Assembly: GCA_016463765.1 (NCBI GenBank)
Contig: JAEMQS010000017.1
Location: forward strand, 10,168 to 74,167
Source: Solirubrobacteraceae bacterium
GTDB lineage: Bacteria; Actinomycetota; Thermoleophilia; Solirubrobacterales; Solirubrobacteraceae
Reading direction: 5' to 3'
Length of the DNA stretch: 64,000 nt
How positions within the stretch are numbered: position 1 is the stretch's first letter; the number at the start of each line of letters is the position of its first letter. A program made the position numbers and the translations under genes. The notes beneath the pieces were generated by a model. The model was given only the letters and a program-made list of their open reading frames with translations, was not told where the DNA came from and ran no database searches. Of this stretch, positions 20,939 to 30,311 are shown piece after piece.

Positions 20939-21690
20939 CCGGGGAGGCGCTCACCACGCAGGACGACGTGCGCGCGCTGCTGACCCGGCGCGCACGCGAG
21001 GTCACACCCGCGCGGATCTTCACCGGGGGTCCCGAGGGCGGCTACACGACGACCGACCTGCTCGCCCTGCGCGCCGATCACGCAGCCGCGCGCGACGCGG
21101 TGCTGGCGCCGCTGGATCTCGCCGATCCCGCGCTGGCCGACATCGCGGCGCGCCACGCGGTGTTCGCGGTGGACTCGCAGGCCGGGAGCATCGAGGAGCA
21201 CCTGCTGCGCCCGGACCTCGGCCGGCGCCTCTCCGACGCCGGGCGCGCGGCGATCACCGCGGCGTGCACGCCCGCCACCGATGTGCAGATCGTCATCGGC
21301 GACGGACTCTCCGCCGCCGCGGTCCACGCCCAGGTGCCGACGCTGCTGCCATTGCTCGTCGCCGAGTGCCGGCAGCGCGGCTGGACGGTCGGCCGCCCGT
21401 TCGCCGTCCGGCACTGCCGGGTCGGCGTGATGAACGACGTGGGGGATGCCCTGGACCCGGCGGTCGTCGTCCTGCTCGTCGGGGAGCGGCCCGGCCTGGC
21501 GACCGCGGAGAGCCTGTCGGCCTACCTCGCCTATCGCCCGAGGCCCGGGGACACCGACGCCAAGCGCGACCTGATCTCGAACATCCACGCGCGCGGACTG
21601 ACGACCGAGGAGGCCGTGCGTCGCATCGGGGACCTCATCGCCGAGCAGCGCGCGCTGCGCGGCAGCGGCGTCGCCGCGCGCTCGGCCTAG
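20935..21690 (+). CDS. eutC: Ethanolamine ammonia-lyase small subunit
   Basis: TPARI, DHAAARDAV, LLRPDLGRRL, DGLS, GERPGL...ESLSAY, SNIH; GTGA overlap with eutB. Confidence 0.95.
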   Translation: MTGEALTTQDDVRALLTRRAREVTPARIFTGGPEGGYTTTDLLALRADHAAARDAVLAPLDLADPALADIAARHAVFAVDSQAGSIEEHLLRPDLGRRLSDAGRAAITAACTPATDVQIVIGDGLSAAAVHAQVPTLLPLLVAECRQRGWTVGRPFAVRHCRVGVMNDVGDALDPAVVVLLVGERPGLATAESLSAYLAYRPRPGDTDAKRDLISNIHARGLTTEEAVRRIGDLIAEQRALRGSGVAARSA

Positions 21691-22439
21691 GGCCCGAGCA
21701 GCACGGTCGCGTTGCGATACCAGCCGGTCCCGGCGATGCCGAGCCCCTGGACGCGCGTCTTGCCGAACAACCGCGCCAGCGTGCTCCCGGGAGCGAACGT
21801 CGCGGTCGCCCCGCCGACGAGGGCCTCGGTGGTCCGGTAGATCGTGTTCGTGGTCCGGATCGTCCCGCGCGGTGAGTCGGCGTACTGCTGGTTGATCGAC
21901 GGGAACCCGAGGCCGCGCGAGAGGAACAGCATCGAGCCGCCGAGGGCGTAGCCGCCGTCGTGATCGACCTGCGCGGCGTAGCGGCGGGTCCGGCCCTGCT
22001 GCGGCGGTGTGAAGCCGATGTCGACGACGCCGCCGGCATAGCCGGCCGCCGTCTTGGCCGCGGCGAGCTCCGGGTCTGAGTCCAGCAGCCACAGCATCCA
22101 GAGGTTGAGGTCGCCGAGCGGGAACGGGATGCCGCCGCGCAGGGTCGGCATGACGATCGCGGCCTCGGCGATGCGGTACGGCCCGGTCGGTTCCCCGTTC
22201 AGCGTCCCGCCCTCGCACGACGCGAGCTCGACGAGCCCGAACGCAGGGCGGGGGAGCTGGTAGCGCGCCGGGAGCAGCTCGCGCGCCGCCGCGCGGTCGA
22301 CCGGCGCGAAGATGCCGAAGTTCCGGCACTTGTCGCCGGTGTTCTCGAACAGGGGTGTCGGCGCGGCGGTCGCCGGGACCGCACACGCCAGCGCGGCGAG
22401 CACGGCGGCGGCGAGGCAGCGCAGGAACGAGGTCATCAT
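21687..22439 (-). CDS. Secreted hypothetical protein (acetoacetate-decarboxylase-like fold possible)
   Basis: Signal peptide; PVDRAAARELLP and GPYRIAEAAIV resemble ADC-like N-terminal segments. Confidence 0.6.
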   Translation of the reverse strand: MMTSFLRCLAAAVLAALACAVPATAAPTPLFENTGDKCRNFGIFAPVDRAAARELLPARYQLPRPAFGLVELASCEGGTLNGEPTGPYRIAEAAIVMPTLRGGIPFPLGDLNLWMLWLLDSDPELAAAKTAAGYAGGVVDIGFTPPQQGRTRRYAAQVDHDGGYALGGSMLFLSRGLGFPSINQQYADSPRGTIRTTNTIYRTTEALVGGATATFAPGSTLARLFGKTRVQGLGIAGTGWYRNATVLLGP

Positions 22440-22467
22440 GCGGAGCGGGACCTTAGATTGCGCGCAT

Positions 22468-22485
22468 CTTGGACGCAAGTCCAAG
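22468..22485. promoter_or_regulatory. Perfect palindrome over a predicted -35
   Basis: CTTGGAC-GCAA-GTCCAAG; minus-strand TTGCGT-N17-TAAGGT promoter overlaps it. Confidence 0.5.
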
Positions 22486-22538
22486 GTCGGTCACTCCGGG
22501 GAGAGTGGGAGAACCGCGCAGGACCGTAGGATCGCGGC

Positions 22539-24077
22539 ATGACTGACTTCACCGCGGCGATCGCCGCCGGGTACGCCGTGGACGGGCCGGCCATCGACCT
22601 GGGTCGCGGCGTCCACGACGGGGCGGTGCACCCGGAGGCGGTCGTGCGGATCCCGCTGGCGATGACGAACCGCCACGGCCTGATCGCCGGTGCGACCGGC
22701 ACGGGCAAGACGAAGACGCTGCAGGGCATGGCCGAGCAGCTCAGCGCCCACGGCGTCCCCGTCTTCGTCGCCGACATCAAGGGCGACCTGTCGGGCCTGC
22801 TGCACCCGGGCGACCCCGCGCCCGACGGCGTCGCGGGCAAGCGCAGCGCCGAGCTGGGCATCACCTACGCACCGACCGGCTTCCCGGTGGAGTTCCTGTC
22901 GATCGGCGGGATCGGGCCCGGCGTTCCCGTCCGCATGACGGTGTCGGACTTCGGCCCGCAGCTCATCGCGAAGATCCTCGGGGCCAACGAGACGCAGGAA
23001 TCCAGCCTCGCGCTGGTCTTCCACTACGCCGACCAGATGGGCCTCGGCCTGCTCGACCTGTCCGACCTGCGCGCGCTCCTGACGTTCCTGGACAGCAAGG
23101 ACGGCAAGACCGAACTGGAGGGCATCGGCGGGTTGGCGAAGGCCACGGTCGGCGTGCTCCTGCGTGAGCTCGTGCAGCTCGAGACCGGCGGCGGCACCGA
23201 GTTCTTCGGCGAGCCGCAGTTCGACATCGCCGACCTCATGCGCACGGCGCCCGACGGCCGGGGCGTCATCAGCTGCCTGGAACTGGCCGCGGTGCAGGAC
23301 AAGCCACACCTGTTCAGCACGGTCCTCATGGGCCTGCTCGCCGAGCTCTTCGAGACGCTGCCCGAGGAGGGCGATCTCGACAAGCCGAAGCTCGCGTTCT
23401 TCTTCGACGAGGCGCACCTGCTCTTCCGCGATGCGAGCAAGGACTTCGTCGCCGCCGTCACGCAGACGGTGCGGCTGATCCGCTCGAAGGGGGTCGGCGT
23501 CTACTTCGTCACCCAGACGCCGAAGGACGTGCCGGGCGACGTGCTCGGCCAGCTCGGCAACCGCGTGCAGCATGCCCTGCGCGCGTTCACGCCCGACGAC
23601 GAGAAGGCGCTGCGCGCGACGGTCAAGACCTTCCCGAAGAGCGAGTTCTACGACACGGCGGAGCTGCTGACGTCGATGGGCATCGGCGAGGCCGCGATCA
23701 CCGTGCTCGACGAGCGGGGTGTCCCGACGCCGCTGGTGCACAGCCGGCTGCCCGCACCACGCTCGCGGATGGACCCCGCCGACGACATCGACGCGGCGGC
23801 GAAGGCCTCACCGCTGTTCGCGAAGTACGGGACCCGGCAGGACGGCGCGAGCGCGCGAGAGCAGCTCACCGAACGCGTGCGCGAGGCGGCTGAACCGCCG
23901 GCCGAACCGGCCGAACCGGCCGAGGCGCCGCAGCCCAAGCCCAAGCGCATCCCACCGCCGGACTTCAGCAAGCCGGGGCCGGAGGCGATCGGTGACTACC
24001 TGCGCAGCCGCGAGGGCCAGAAGCTCCAGCGCGAGGTCGTGCGCGGCGCGTTCGGCGTCCTGCGCAAGATGCTGTAG
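22539..24077 (+). CDS. HerA-like ATPase (DUF853/YjgR family)
   Basis: NRHGLIAGATGTGKT, DIKGDLSG, FFFDEAHLLF, RLIRSKGVG, QHALRAFTP. Confidence 0.92.
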   Translation: MTDFTAAIAAGYAVDGPAIDLGRGVHDGAVHPEAVVRIPLAMTNRHGLIAGATGTGKTKTLQGMAEQLSAHGVPVFVADIKGDLSGLLHPGDPAPDGVAGKRSAELGITYAPTGFPVEFLSIGGIGPGVPVRMTVSDFGPQLIAKILGANETQESSLALVFHYADQMGLGLLDLSDLRALLTFLDSKDGKTELEGIGGLAKATVGVLLRELVQLETGGGTEFFGEPQFDIADLMRTAPDGRGVISCLELAAVQDKPHLFSTVLMGLLAELFETLPEEGDLDKPKLAFFFDEAHLLFRDASKDFVAAVTQTVRLIRSKGVGVYFVTQTPKDVPGDVLGQLGNRVQHALRAFTPDDEKALRATVKTFPKSEFYDTAELLTSMGIGEAAITVLDERGVPTPLVHSRLPAPRSRMDPADDIDAAAKASPLFAKYGTRQDGASAREQLTERVREAAEPPAEPAEPAEAPQPKPKRIPPPDFSKPGPEAIGDYLRSREGQKLQREVVRGAFGVLRKML

Positions 24078-24108
24078 CCGGCGCCCGGAGGCGCCGGCCA
24101 GCGACCCA

Positions 24109-24351
24109 TCAGGCGGGGAGGACTTCCCCGGAGTAGAGCTTGTGGATCTTCACGGTGCCCGCGGGCGCCGCATCGATGCACAGCCCGCAGAGCACGCACT
24201 CGTCGATGTTCTCCTCGACGATGTCCACGCCGGACTCGGTGCCCTTGAAGATGTTCACGGGGCAGACCTCGTCGAGCTTGGCGCCCATGGCGGCATCGGA
24301 GGCGACCCTGTCGTCGACCTCGACGCCGATGAAGATGGCGTCCTTCTTCAT
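24109..24351 (-). CDS. Ferredoxin-like protein (one 4Fe-4S site)
   Basis: EVCPVNIF and ECVLCGLC; ATGA-coupled to the ligase alpha gene. Confidence 0.82.
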   Translation of the reverse strand: MKKDAIFIGVEVDDRVASDAAMGAKLDEVCPVNIFKGTESGVDIVEENIDECVLCGLCIDAAPAGTVKIHKLYSGEVLPA

Positions 24352-25274
24352 GCCGCGCTCCTCTCAGCGATCTTGGCCTTCACGAGGTCGGGGATCTCGT
24401 CGATCCGCTCCACGACGGGGATGCCGGCCTCCTGGAGGCGGGCGATCTTCTCCGTCGCGCTGTCTTCCTTGCCTTCGACGATCGTGCCGGCGTGCCCGAA
24501 GGACATGCCCTGCATCTCCTCGTCGTCCATGAACTTGCCGGCCATGAAGGCGATGATCGGCAGGCGCGAGTTGTTCTCCTTCACCCACGCGGAGAGCTGG
24601 GCCTCCATGCGGCCGCCCGGCTCGGTGTAGATGACGATGGCCTCGGTCTGCGGGTCGGCCTCGAAGTACGGCATGAGCTCCGCGTACGTCGAGCCGATGA
24701 TCGCGTCGCCGCCGATCGAGACCGCCGTGGAGACGCCGAGGCCCGCGGCCGTCAGCGTCGAGGAGATCTCCGTCGTCATGCCGCCGGAGCGGCTCATGAC
24801 ACCGACCGAACCCGGCTGGTAGGCCTGCTCGGCGTTCTTCGCCGGACCGCCGATGCCGCCCATCTTCGCGACGCCGGGGACGATGAGCCCCAGGCAGTTC
24901 GGGCCGATGATGCGCGCGCCCTGCTGGTCGGCGAACTCGACCATCGCGGCGACGTCGCGGCGCGGGATGCGCTCGGTGACGATGACGATGGTCTTGATGC
25001 CCGCGTCGAGCGCCTCGATGACCGCGTCCTTCGTGCCGGCGGGCGGCACGGTCACGACCGAGCCGTCCGGGACGACGCCGCCGTTGTGCTCCACGACCTG
25101 CTCGACGGTGTCGAAGACCGGCACGCCGTGGACCTCGCGGCCCTTGCGGCCGGGGGTCACGCCGCCGACGATCTTCGAGCCGTAGTCCAGGCACTCACGC
25201 GTGAGGTTGACCGCCTCGCGCCCGGTGATGCCCTGGATGATGAACGTCGTGTTCTCGTCGATGAGGATGCTCAT
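24348..25274 (-). CDS. ADP-forming CoA ligase alpha subunit (SucD/MtkB-like)
   Basis: QGITGRE, GGVTPG, IIGPNCLG, SRSGG, IGGD, phospho-His FGHAG; ATG 25274. Confidence 0.88.
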   Translation of the reverse strand: MSILIDENTTFIIQGITGREAVNLTRECLDYGSKIVGGVTPGRKGREVHGVPVFDTVEQVVEHNGGVVPDGSVVTVPPAGTKDAVIEALDAGIKTIVIVTERIPRRDVAAMVEFADQQGARIIGPNCLGLIVPGVAKMGGIGGPAKNAEQAYQPGSVGVMSRSGGMTTEISSTLTAAGLGVSTAVSIGGDAIIGSTYAELMPYFEADPQTEAIVIYTEPGGRMEAQLSAWVKENNSRLPIIAFMAGKFMDDEEMQGMSFGHAGTIVEGKEDSATEKIARLQEAGIPVVERIDEIPDLVKAKIAERSAA

Positions 25275-26491
25275 GCGGCGACCTCTCCCTGGATCTTGGC
25301 CACCGCGCGGCCCGCGGCGTCCCACAGGGAGACGGAGCGGTCGCAGTACTCGATGCCGTACTTGTCGAGGATCTTGAAGCCCTCGTCCTCCCAGGCGCCC
25401 GGGATGCGGAAGATGGCGATGGTCTCGCCCGGGTCCTTGCCCAGCTCGAGGCACGCCTTGATGACGCCGCGCGCGACGATGTCGACGCGGGTGTTCGAGA
25501 CGATCGACATCATCACCGCGATCTTCTCGACGCCGTCCTTCTGCAGGACCTCCTTGGCGAGGCCGCAGGCCTTCGCGACCGACGGGTTGCCGCCGATCTC
25601 GGAGTAGTTCGCGGGCTTGCCGCCCTGCTGGCGGACCGCGTCGGTCAGCGTCAGCGAGCCGCCACCGGCGCCGATGACGAGGCCGATGTTGCCGTGGAAG
25701 CCGGTGTCCTTGCCCTGGATGACGCCGCGGTGGTCGGCGGCGTCGATGGCCTTGACGGCCTCCTCGAACGGGGTGGGGGTGTGACCCTCGCGGGTGCCCT
25801 CCTCGGCCCCGATGCCCAGCGCCTTGATGAGCGCCTTCTGGCGGGGCATGCCCTCGTCCTCCATCTCCATGTGCGCGTCGAGCGCGACGAAGGAGCCGTC
25901 GGTCAGCTCGGCCAGCGGGTTGATCTCCGCGAGCAGCATGTCGCCCTCGAGGAACAGCCGCGCGAGGCGGGCCAGCACCGGGGTGAGGCGCTGCAGCGGC
26001 TTGCCGGTCACGCCCGCCGCGGCGATGACCTGCTTGGCCTGGAAGTCATGGAACGGCTCGAGGGCGGAGAAGTGCCCCCGGCCGACGTGGTCGGGATGGT
26101 CCTCGGCGACCTGCTCGATGTCGATGCCGCCCATGTCGCTGAAGAGCATCAGCGGCTTCTTGGCGGTGCCGTCCCAGACGACGCCGGCGTAGTACTCCTG
26201 CTTGACCTCGGCCTTCGGGTCGACCAGGACGCCACGCGGCCAGTGGCCGTTGATCTCGAGCTGGAGGATGTCCTCGGCGTGCTGCCGGGCCTCGTCGGGC
26301 GTGTCGGCGAACTTGACGCCGCCGGCCTTCATCCGTCCTCCGGTGAGGACCTGGGACTTGATGACCGTGGGCCCGCCGATCCGCTCGGCGATCGTCTTGG
26401 CCTCGGCCGCGTCGGTGGTGAACCCGTAGTCGGTGACCGGGATGCCCGCGCGCTTGACGATCTCGCGGGCCTCATATTCAAAGAAGCGCAT
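25271..26491 (-). CDS. ADP-forming CoA ligase beta subunit (SucC/MtkA-like, divergent)
   Basis: MRFFEYEA, IKSQVLTGGRMKAGGV, GGIDIE, EINPL, PANYSEIGG; ATG 26491. Confidence 0.88.
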   Translation of the reverse strand: MRFFEYEAREIVKRAGIPVTDYGFTTDAAEAKTIAERIGGPTVIKSQVLTGGRMKAGGVKFADTPDEARQHAEDILQLEINGHWPRGVLVDPKAEVKQEYYAGVVWDGTAKKPLMLFSDMGGIDIEQVAEDHPDHVGRGHFSALEPFHDFQAKQVIAAAGVTGKPLQRLTPVLARLARLFLEGDMLLAEINPLAELTDGSFVALDAHMEMEDEGMPRQKALIKALGIGAEEGTREGHTPTPFEEAVKAIDAADHRGVIQGKDTGFHGNIGLVIGAGGGSLTLTDAVRQQGGKPANYSEIGGNPSVAKACGLAKEVLQKDGVEKIAVMMSIVSNTRVDIVARGVIKACLELGKDPGETIAIFRIPGAWEDEGFKILDKYGIEYCDRSVSLWDAAGRAVAKIQGEVAA

Positions 26492-26567
26492 GCGGCCGCG
26501 AACCGTAGCTGAGAGCCGGTGCCTGACGCCGTGCGGTCGAACCCCCTGTCTGCTTGAATTTTCTCGC

Positions 26568-28547
26568 GTGAAGCCTCCCCGTCCCCGGCGCGCCGCCCTC
26601 GCGGCCGTGCTGGCTCTCCTCACAGCACTGGGGATCGCTGCGCCGGCGTCTGCCGCGACGTCGTTCGGCCTGAACATCCAGAGCCTCGTCAACTGGGACG
26701 TGCAGTGGACGAGCGGGGCCGGCCCCGCGTGGGAGCCGTTCGTCGCCGCGATGGCGCGCGACGGGATGACGGTGGCTCGCACGGATGCCGCCTGGTCGCG
26801 CGTGCAGCCGAACGGGCCGGGCGACACTCCGGACTGGACCGTGACCGACCGGATCGCGCGGACGCTCGCCCAGCACGGCATCCGCTGGCTGCCCGTGGTC
26901 GACCTCGCGCCCGCGTGGTCGCAGGAGGCGGCGAACCCGCGGCCGGGCTGCGCGCCCCTCGGTCCGCGCTACCTGCCGCCGAAGCCCGAGCACTACGACG
27001 AGTTCGCCGGGTTCGCCGGGCTGCTCGCCGCGCGCTATGGCGACGGCGGAGCGTTCTGGGCTGCCAATCCGGACCTGGCCCCGCGGCCGATCACGCACTA
27101 CGAGATCTGGAACGAGCCGAACGTCGACGCGTACTGGAACAACCACGTCAACCCGGCGCAGTACCGCGCGCTGTACGACCAGGCGCGCGCGGCCATCAAG
27201 GCGGCTGACGCCGACGCGCAGGTCCTCGTCGGCGGCGTCGTGTGGGGCGGCCAGGTCGACTGCACGGTGCAGACGAACGACGCGCAGTGGCTCCAGGCCC
27301 TGGTGCGTGACGGCGGCCCGGGGTGGCAGACCGACGGCATCGCGATCCACCCGTACGGACCGGCGGCGGTGAACATCGTGGTGAACGTCCGGCGGATGCA
27401 GCGCGCCCTGGCCGCGGTCGGTCGTGGCGATGTCCCGCTCGAGCAGACCGAACTCGGCTGGGCACTGCGGCCCGGCGACGCGACACCCGGGTCGGCGGCA
27501 GCTCGCGACGACGGCTGGTTCCCGGAGCCCACCAGGGCGGCGAACTTCGCGCTGGTCACGGACATGCTCCAGGCCGCCGACTGCCGGCTGGGTGACCAGT
27601 ACGGCTACGCCGTCGTCGAGCGCGAGCGTCTGCTGCTCGAGCCCCCACCCGGGGTCACGAATGTGTTCGACCTCATGGAGCACTGGATGGGCATCTACCC
27701 GGCGACCGCGCCCGGAGCGGAGACGGTGACGAGCCGTGCGTACGCGGCAGCGATCGCCCGCGACCGCGCGGCGGGTGGCGCGACGCGCGATGTGCGCGTG
27801 TGCGGCGCAGACCCCTCCCCGGGCCGGACCATTCCCATCGACCTTGCGACGACACCGGCCGGGACGGGGTGCTGGGACGCGACCGTCACGTACCTCGGCC
27901 TGCCCGTCCGGGAGGCGCAGCTCATCGGGTCACCCGCCGTGCTGGCGCCGACCGGCGCCGACACCGTGTTCACGGGTATGGACGGCAGCGCGCGCTTCTG
28001 TGCGACCGCCGTCGGGGAGCTGCGCGTGCACGCCCAGATCGGGGCCGGCGCGTACGCGGCGGACTTCGCGCCGCTCGTGGCCCGCTCGGCTGAGACCGCG
28101 CTCGGGGCCACGGAGCTCCCTCCCGTCCTGACCCCGCCGGTGCCTCCCGCGGGGACGCCGCCGCAGCCGGTGCCCGCGTGCGTCCTCGGCCAGCTCGGGC
28201 TGCCGGCACAGCGGCTGAGCACCGTCGCCCGGCGCGGCCGGCTGACCACCCGGGTGCGCCTGTCGACGCTCGCGCCGACCGGGCCGTGCCAGACGACGCT
28301 GACCGTGTCGATCCCGGTCAAGACGACACGCCGGGGCAAGAAGCCGCGGGTCACCCAGGCGCTCCTCGGGACCGCGCGCGCCACGATCGGCTCGACCTCG
28401 CAGCAGACCGTCGTAGTCCGCCTGACGACGGCGGGACGCAAGCGCCTGCGGCGCGAGCGGTCGGTGCGCGCGACGGTCCGGATCGGGTTGCCGCAGGCCG
28501 TCGGCGGCTCGCAGGACTACGCGCGCGAGATGCGCCTGCGCAGGTGA
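26568..28547 (+). CDS. Secreted clan GH-A glycoside hydrolase (GH39/GH5-like) with basic C-terminal domain
   Basis: Signal peptide from GTG 26568, YEIWNEPN acid/base, AIHPY, TELGW nucleophile, Pro linker. Confidence 0.8.
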   Translation: MKPPRPRRAALAAVLALLTALGIAAPASAATSFGLNIQSLVNWDVQWTSGAGPAWEPFVAAMARDGMTVARTDAAWSRVQPNGPGDTPDWTVTDRIARTLAQHGIRWLPVVDLAPAWSQEAANPRPGCAPLGPRYLPPKPEHYDEFAGFAGLLAARYGDGGAFWAANPDLAPRPITHYEIWNEPNVDAYWNNHVNPAQYRALYDQARAAIKAADADAQVLVGGVVWGGQVDCTVQTNDAQWLQALVRDGGPGWQTDGIAIHPYGPAAVNIVVNVRRMQRALAAVGRGDVPLEQTELGWALRPGDATPGSAAARDDGWFPEPTRAANFALVTDMLQAADCRLGDQYGYAVVERERLLLEPPPGVTNVFDLMEHWMGIYPATAPGAETVTSRAYAAAIARDRAAGGATRDVRVCGADPSPGRTIPIDLATTPAGTGCWDATVTYLGLPVREAQLIGSPAVLAPTGADTVFTGMDGSARFCATAVGELRVHAQIGAGAYAADFAPLVARSAETALGATELPPVLTPPVPPAGTPPQPVPACVLGQLGLPAQRLSTVARRGRLTTRVRLSTLAPTGPCQTTLTVSIPVKTTRRGKKPRVTQALLGTARATIGSTSQQTVVVRLTTAGRKRLRRERSVRATVRIGLPQAVGGSQDYAREMRLRR

Positions 28548-28548
28548 C

Positions 28549-28998
28549 TCAGCGCCGCTCGACCTGCTGCTTGAGGCCCCCGGCCGCGCCGTCGAGCAGG
28601 TAGTCCCGCACCTTGTCGACCATCCCCGGGCCACGCAGCAACAGGCCCAGCATGCGGCCGGGATCGACCTCGAGCGCGTAGGTCGCGCGGGTCAGGTCGC
28701 CCGCCTCCACGAAGGTCCAGCTGCCGCGCAGCGCCTTGACGTCGCCCTTGTCCTGCTGCCAGGCGATGCGCGTGTACTCGGCGTAGTCGATGCGCCAGCG
28801 CGCGGTGATCGTGCGGACCTTCGCGTCGGACTTCAGCGTCGCGACGACCGGCCGCCCCTTGCTGTCGCGTTCGTGCACGTCGACGTCCTGCAGCGTGCTC
28901 TGCCAGGAGACCGCGCGCTCGAGGTCCGCAGCGACGGCAAAGCAGTCGTCGGCGGGTGCGGCGATCTCGATGGTGCGTTCCCCGGTGATGAGCCCCAT
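28549..28998 (-). CDS. SRPBCC/START family protein
   Basis: ERTIEIAAP...VAADLE...W, KGDVKALRGSW, ATYALEVD. Confidence 0.85.
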   Translation of the reverse strand: MGLITGERTIEIAAPADDCFAVAADLERAVSWQSTLQDVDVHERDSKGRPVVATLKSDAKVRTITARWRIDYAEYTRIAWQQDKGDVKALRGSWTFVEAGDLTRATYALEVDPGRMLGLLLRGPGMVDKVRDYLLDGAAGGLKQQVERR

Positions 28999-29039
28999 CC
29001 CGATGAGAGTAGGGGCCCCGGAACGATATGGTTGTACGG

Positions 29040-29303
29040 GTGAAGACAACCGTAGAGCTGTCTGATGACCTCCTCAAGCGGGCCAAGCGGCTCGCCGTGG
29101 AGCGCGGGACGACGCTGCGCGAGCTCATGGAAGCGGGGCTGCGCCGCGAGCTGCGCGAGCGCGAGCGCCCGCTCGCGGCCTTCACCATCGAGCCGTGGGG
29201 CGACCCCGACGAGCCGATCCCGGCCGACGTGCTCGCCCGCGAGCTGCACGGACCGCGTGCGGACCGTGAGCACGGTGACCTCGAGCGGCGGCTCGGCCAG
29301 TGA
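29040..29303 (+). CDS. vapB: VapB-like RHH antitoxin
   Basis: KTTVELSDDLLKRAK...TLRELMEAGLR; GTGA overlap with vapC. Confidence 0.85.
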   Translation: MKTTVELSDDLLKRAKRLAVERGTTLRELMEAGLRRELRERERPLAAFTIEPWGDPDEPIPADVLARELHGPRADREHGDLERRLGQ

Positions 29304-29728
29304 TCGCCCTGGATACGAACATCCTCGTCTACGCGCACCGCGCCGATGCACCGGAGCACGAACGTGCGGTCCGCGCCGTCGAGGGGCTTGCCTCGGACGG
29401 CGCGGCGTGGGGCCTGCCCTGGCCCGTGGTGCACGAGTTCGTGAAGGTCATGACCGGGATCTCGTGGCGGCCCGCGCCGCTGGAGGTGGCCCTGCGGATG
29501 GCGAGCCGCCTGCTCGATGCGCCGGGGTGCATCGCGCTCGCCGAGGGCTCCGATCATCTGGCGCGCCTGGAGTCGCTGGCGGCTCCCGCCAACGCCGTCG
29601 GTCCCCTGATCTACGACGCCCGGATCGCGGCGATCTGCCTCGACCACGCGGTCTCCGAGCTGTGGACCGCCGACCGCGACTTCGGCCGCTTCCCGCAGCT
29701 GCGCGTGGTCAACCCGCTCGTGGGCTGA
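29300..29728 (+). CDS. vapC: VapC PIN-domain toxin
   Basis: LDTNILVYA, VVHEF, YDARIAA, WTADRDFGRF. Confidence 0.93.
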   Translation: MIALDTNILVYAHRADAPEHERAVRAVEGLASDGAAWGLPWPVVHEFVKVMTGISWRPAPLEVALRMASRLLDAPGCIALAEGSDHLARLESLAAPANAVGPLIYDARIAAICLDHAVSELWTADRDFGRFPQLRVVNPLVG

Positions 29729-30311
29729 TGCCCGCGAAGCGCCCGGCGTAGAACAGCAGCGGGTCGCCGTCGCGGTGGACCATGTGCTCGACGCGGCCGA
29801 TCCACAGCACGTGGTCGCCGGCCGGGTGCACGTCGGTCACCCGGCAGCCGAGCTGGGCCAGCGAGCCTGCGACGAACGGCAGGTTGCCCTCCCAGTGAAA
29901 CCGCGGCGCGCCCGTGAGCGTGTGCTGGCCGGCGAAGTGCGCGGCGACGTCCTGCTGCTCGGCGGTCAGCACGCTGATGCCGTAGCGGCCGGTGCGCGGC
30001 AGGATCTCCGCCATCCGGCAGCGGCCGAGGGAGACGAGGACCAGCGGCGGATCGAGCGACACCGACAGGACGCCGTTGGCCGTCATGCCGTGGACGCCCT
30101 CGTCGGGGTCGGCCGTCGTGATGACCGTGACGCCGGTGGCGAAGCGACCCATCGCGTCGCGCAGCCGGCGGGGTGCGGTCGAGCGCGAGGTCGGCGTCAG
30201 TGCCGCCATGCCGGCGGACGTCACGTTGACGGGTGTGCCCGAGCGCGCCCGGCCGGCGGTGCGCGAGCGCGCGGGCGTGGTGCCGTGGCCGAGCTTCGCC
30301 GTGCGCTTCAT
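29709..30311 (-). CDS. Flavin reductase (HpaC/DIM6-NTAB family)
   Basis: RDAMGRFATGVTVIT, GMTAN, SVSLDPPLV, GDH, PLLFYAGRF; ATGA-coupled to tdm. Confidence 0.92.
   Translation of the reverse strand: MKRTAKLGHGTTPARSRTAGRARSGTPVNVTSAGMAALTPTSRSTAPRRLRDAMGRFATGVTVITTADPDEGVHGMTANGVLSVSLDPPLVLVSLGRCRMAEILPRTGRYGISVLTAEQQDVAAHFAGQHTLTGAPRFHWEGNLPFVAGSLAQLGCRVTDVHPAGDHVLWIGRVEHMVHRDGDPLLFYAGRFAGISPRAG

Noticed and set aside
23890-23930. Short tandem repeat GAACCGGCC
   Set aside because: Encodes an EPA low-complexity linker in the DUF853 ATPase; not a CRISPR or mobile repeat
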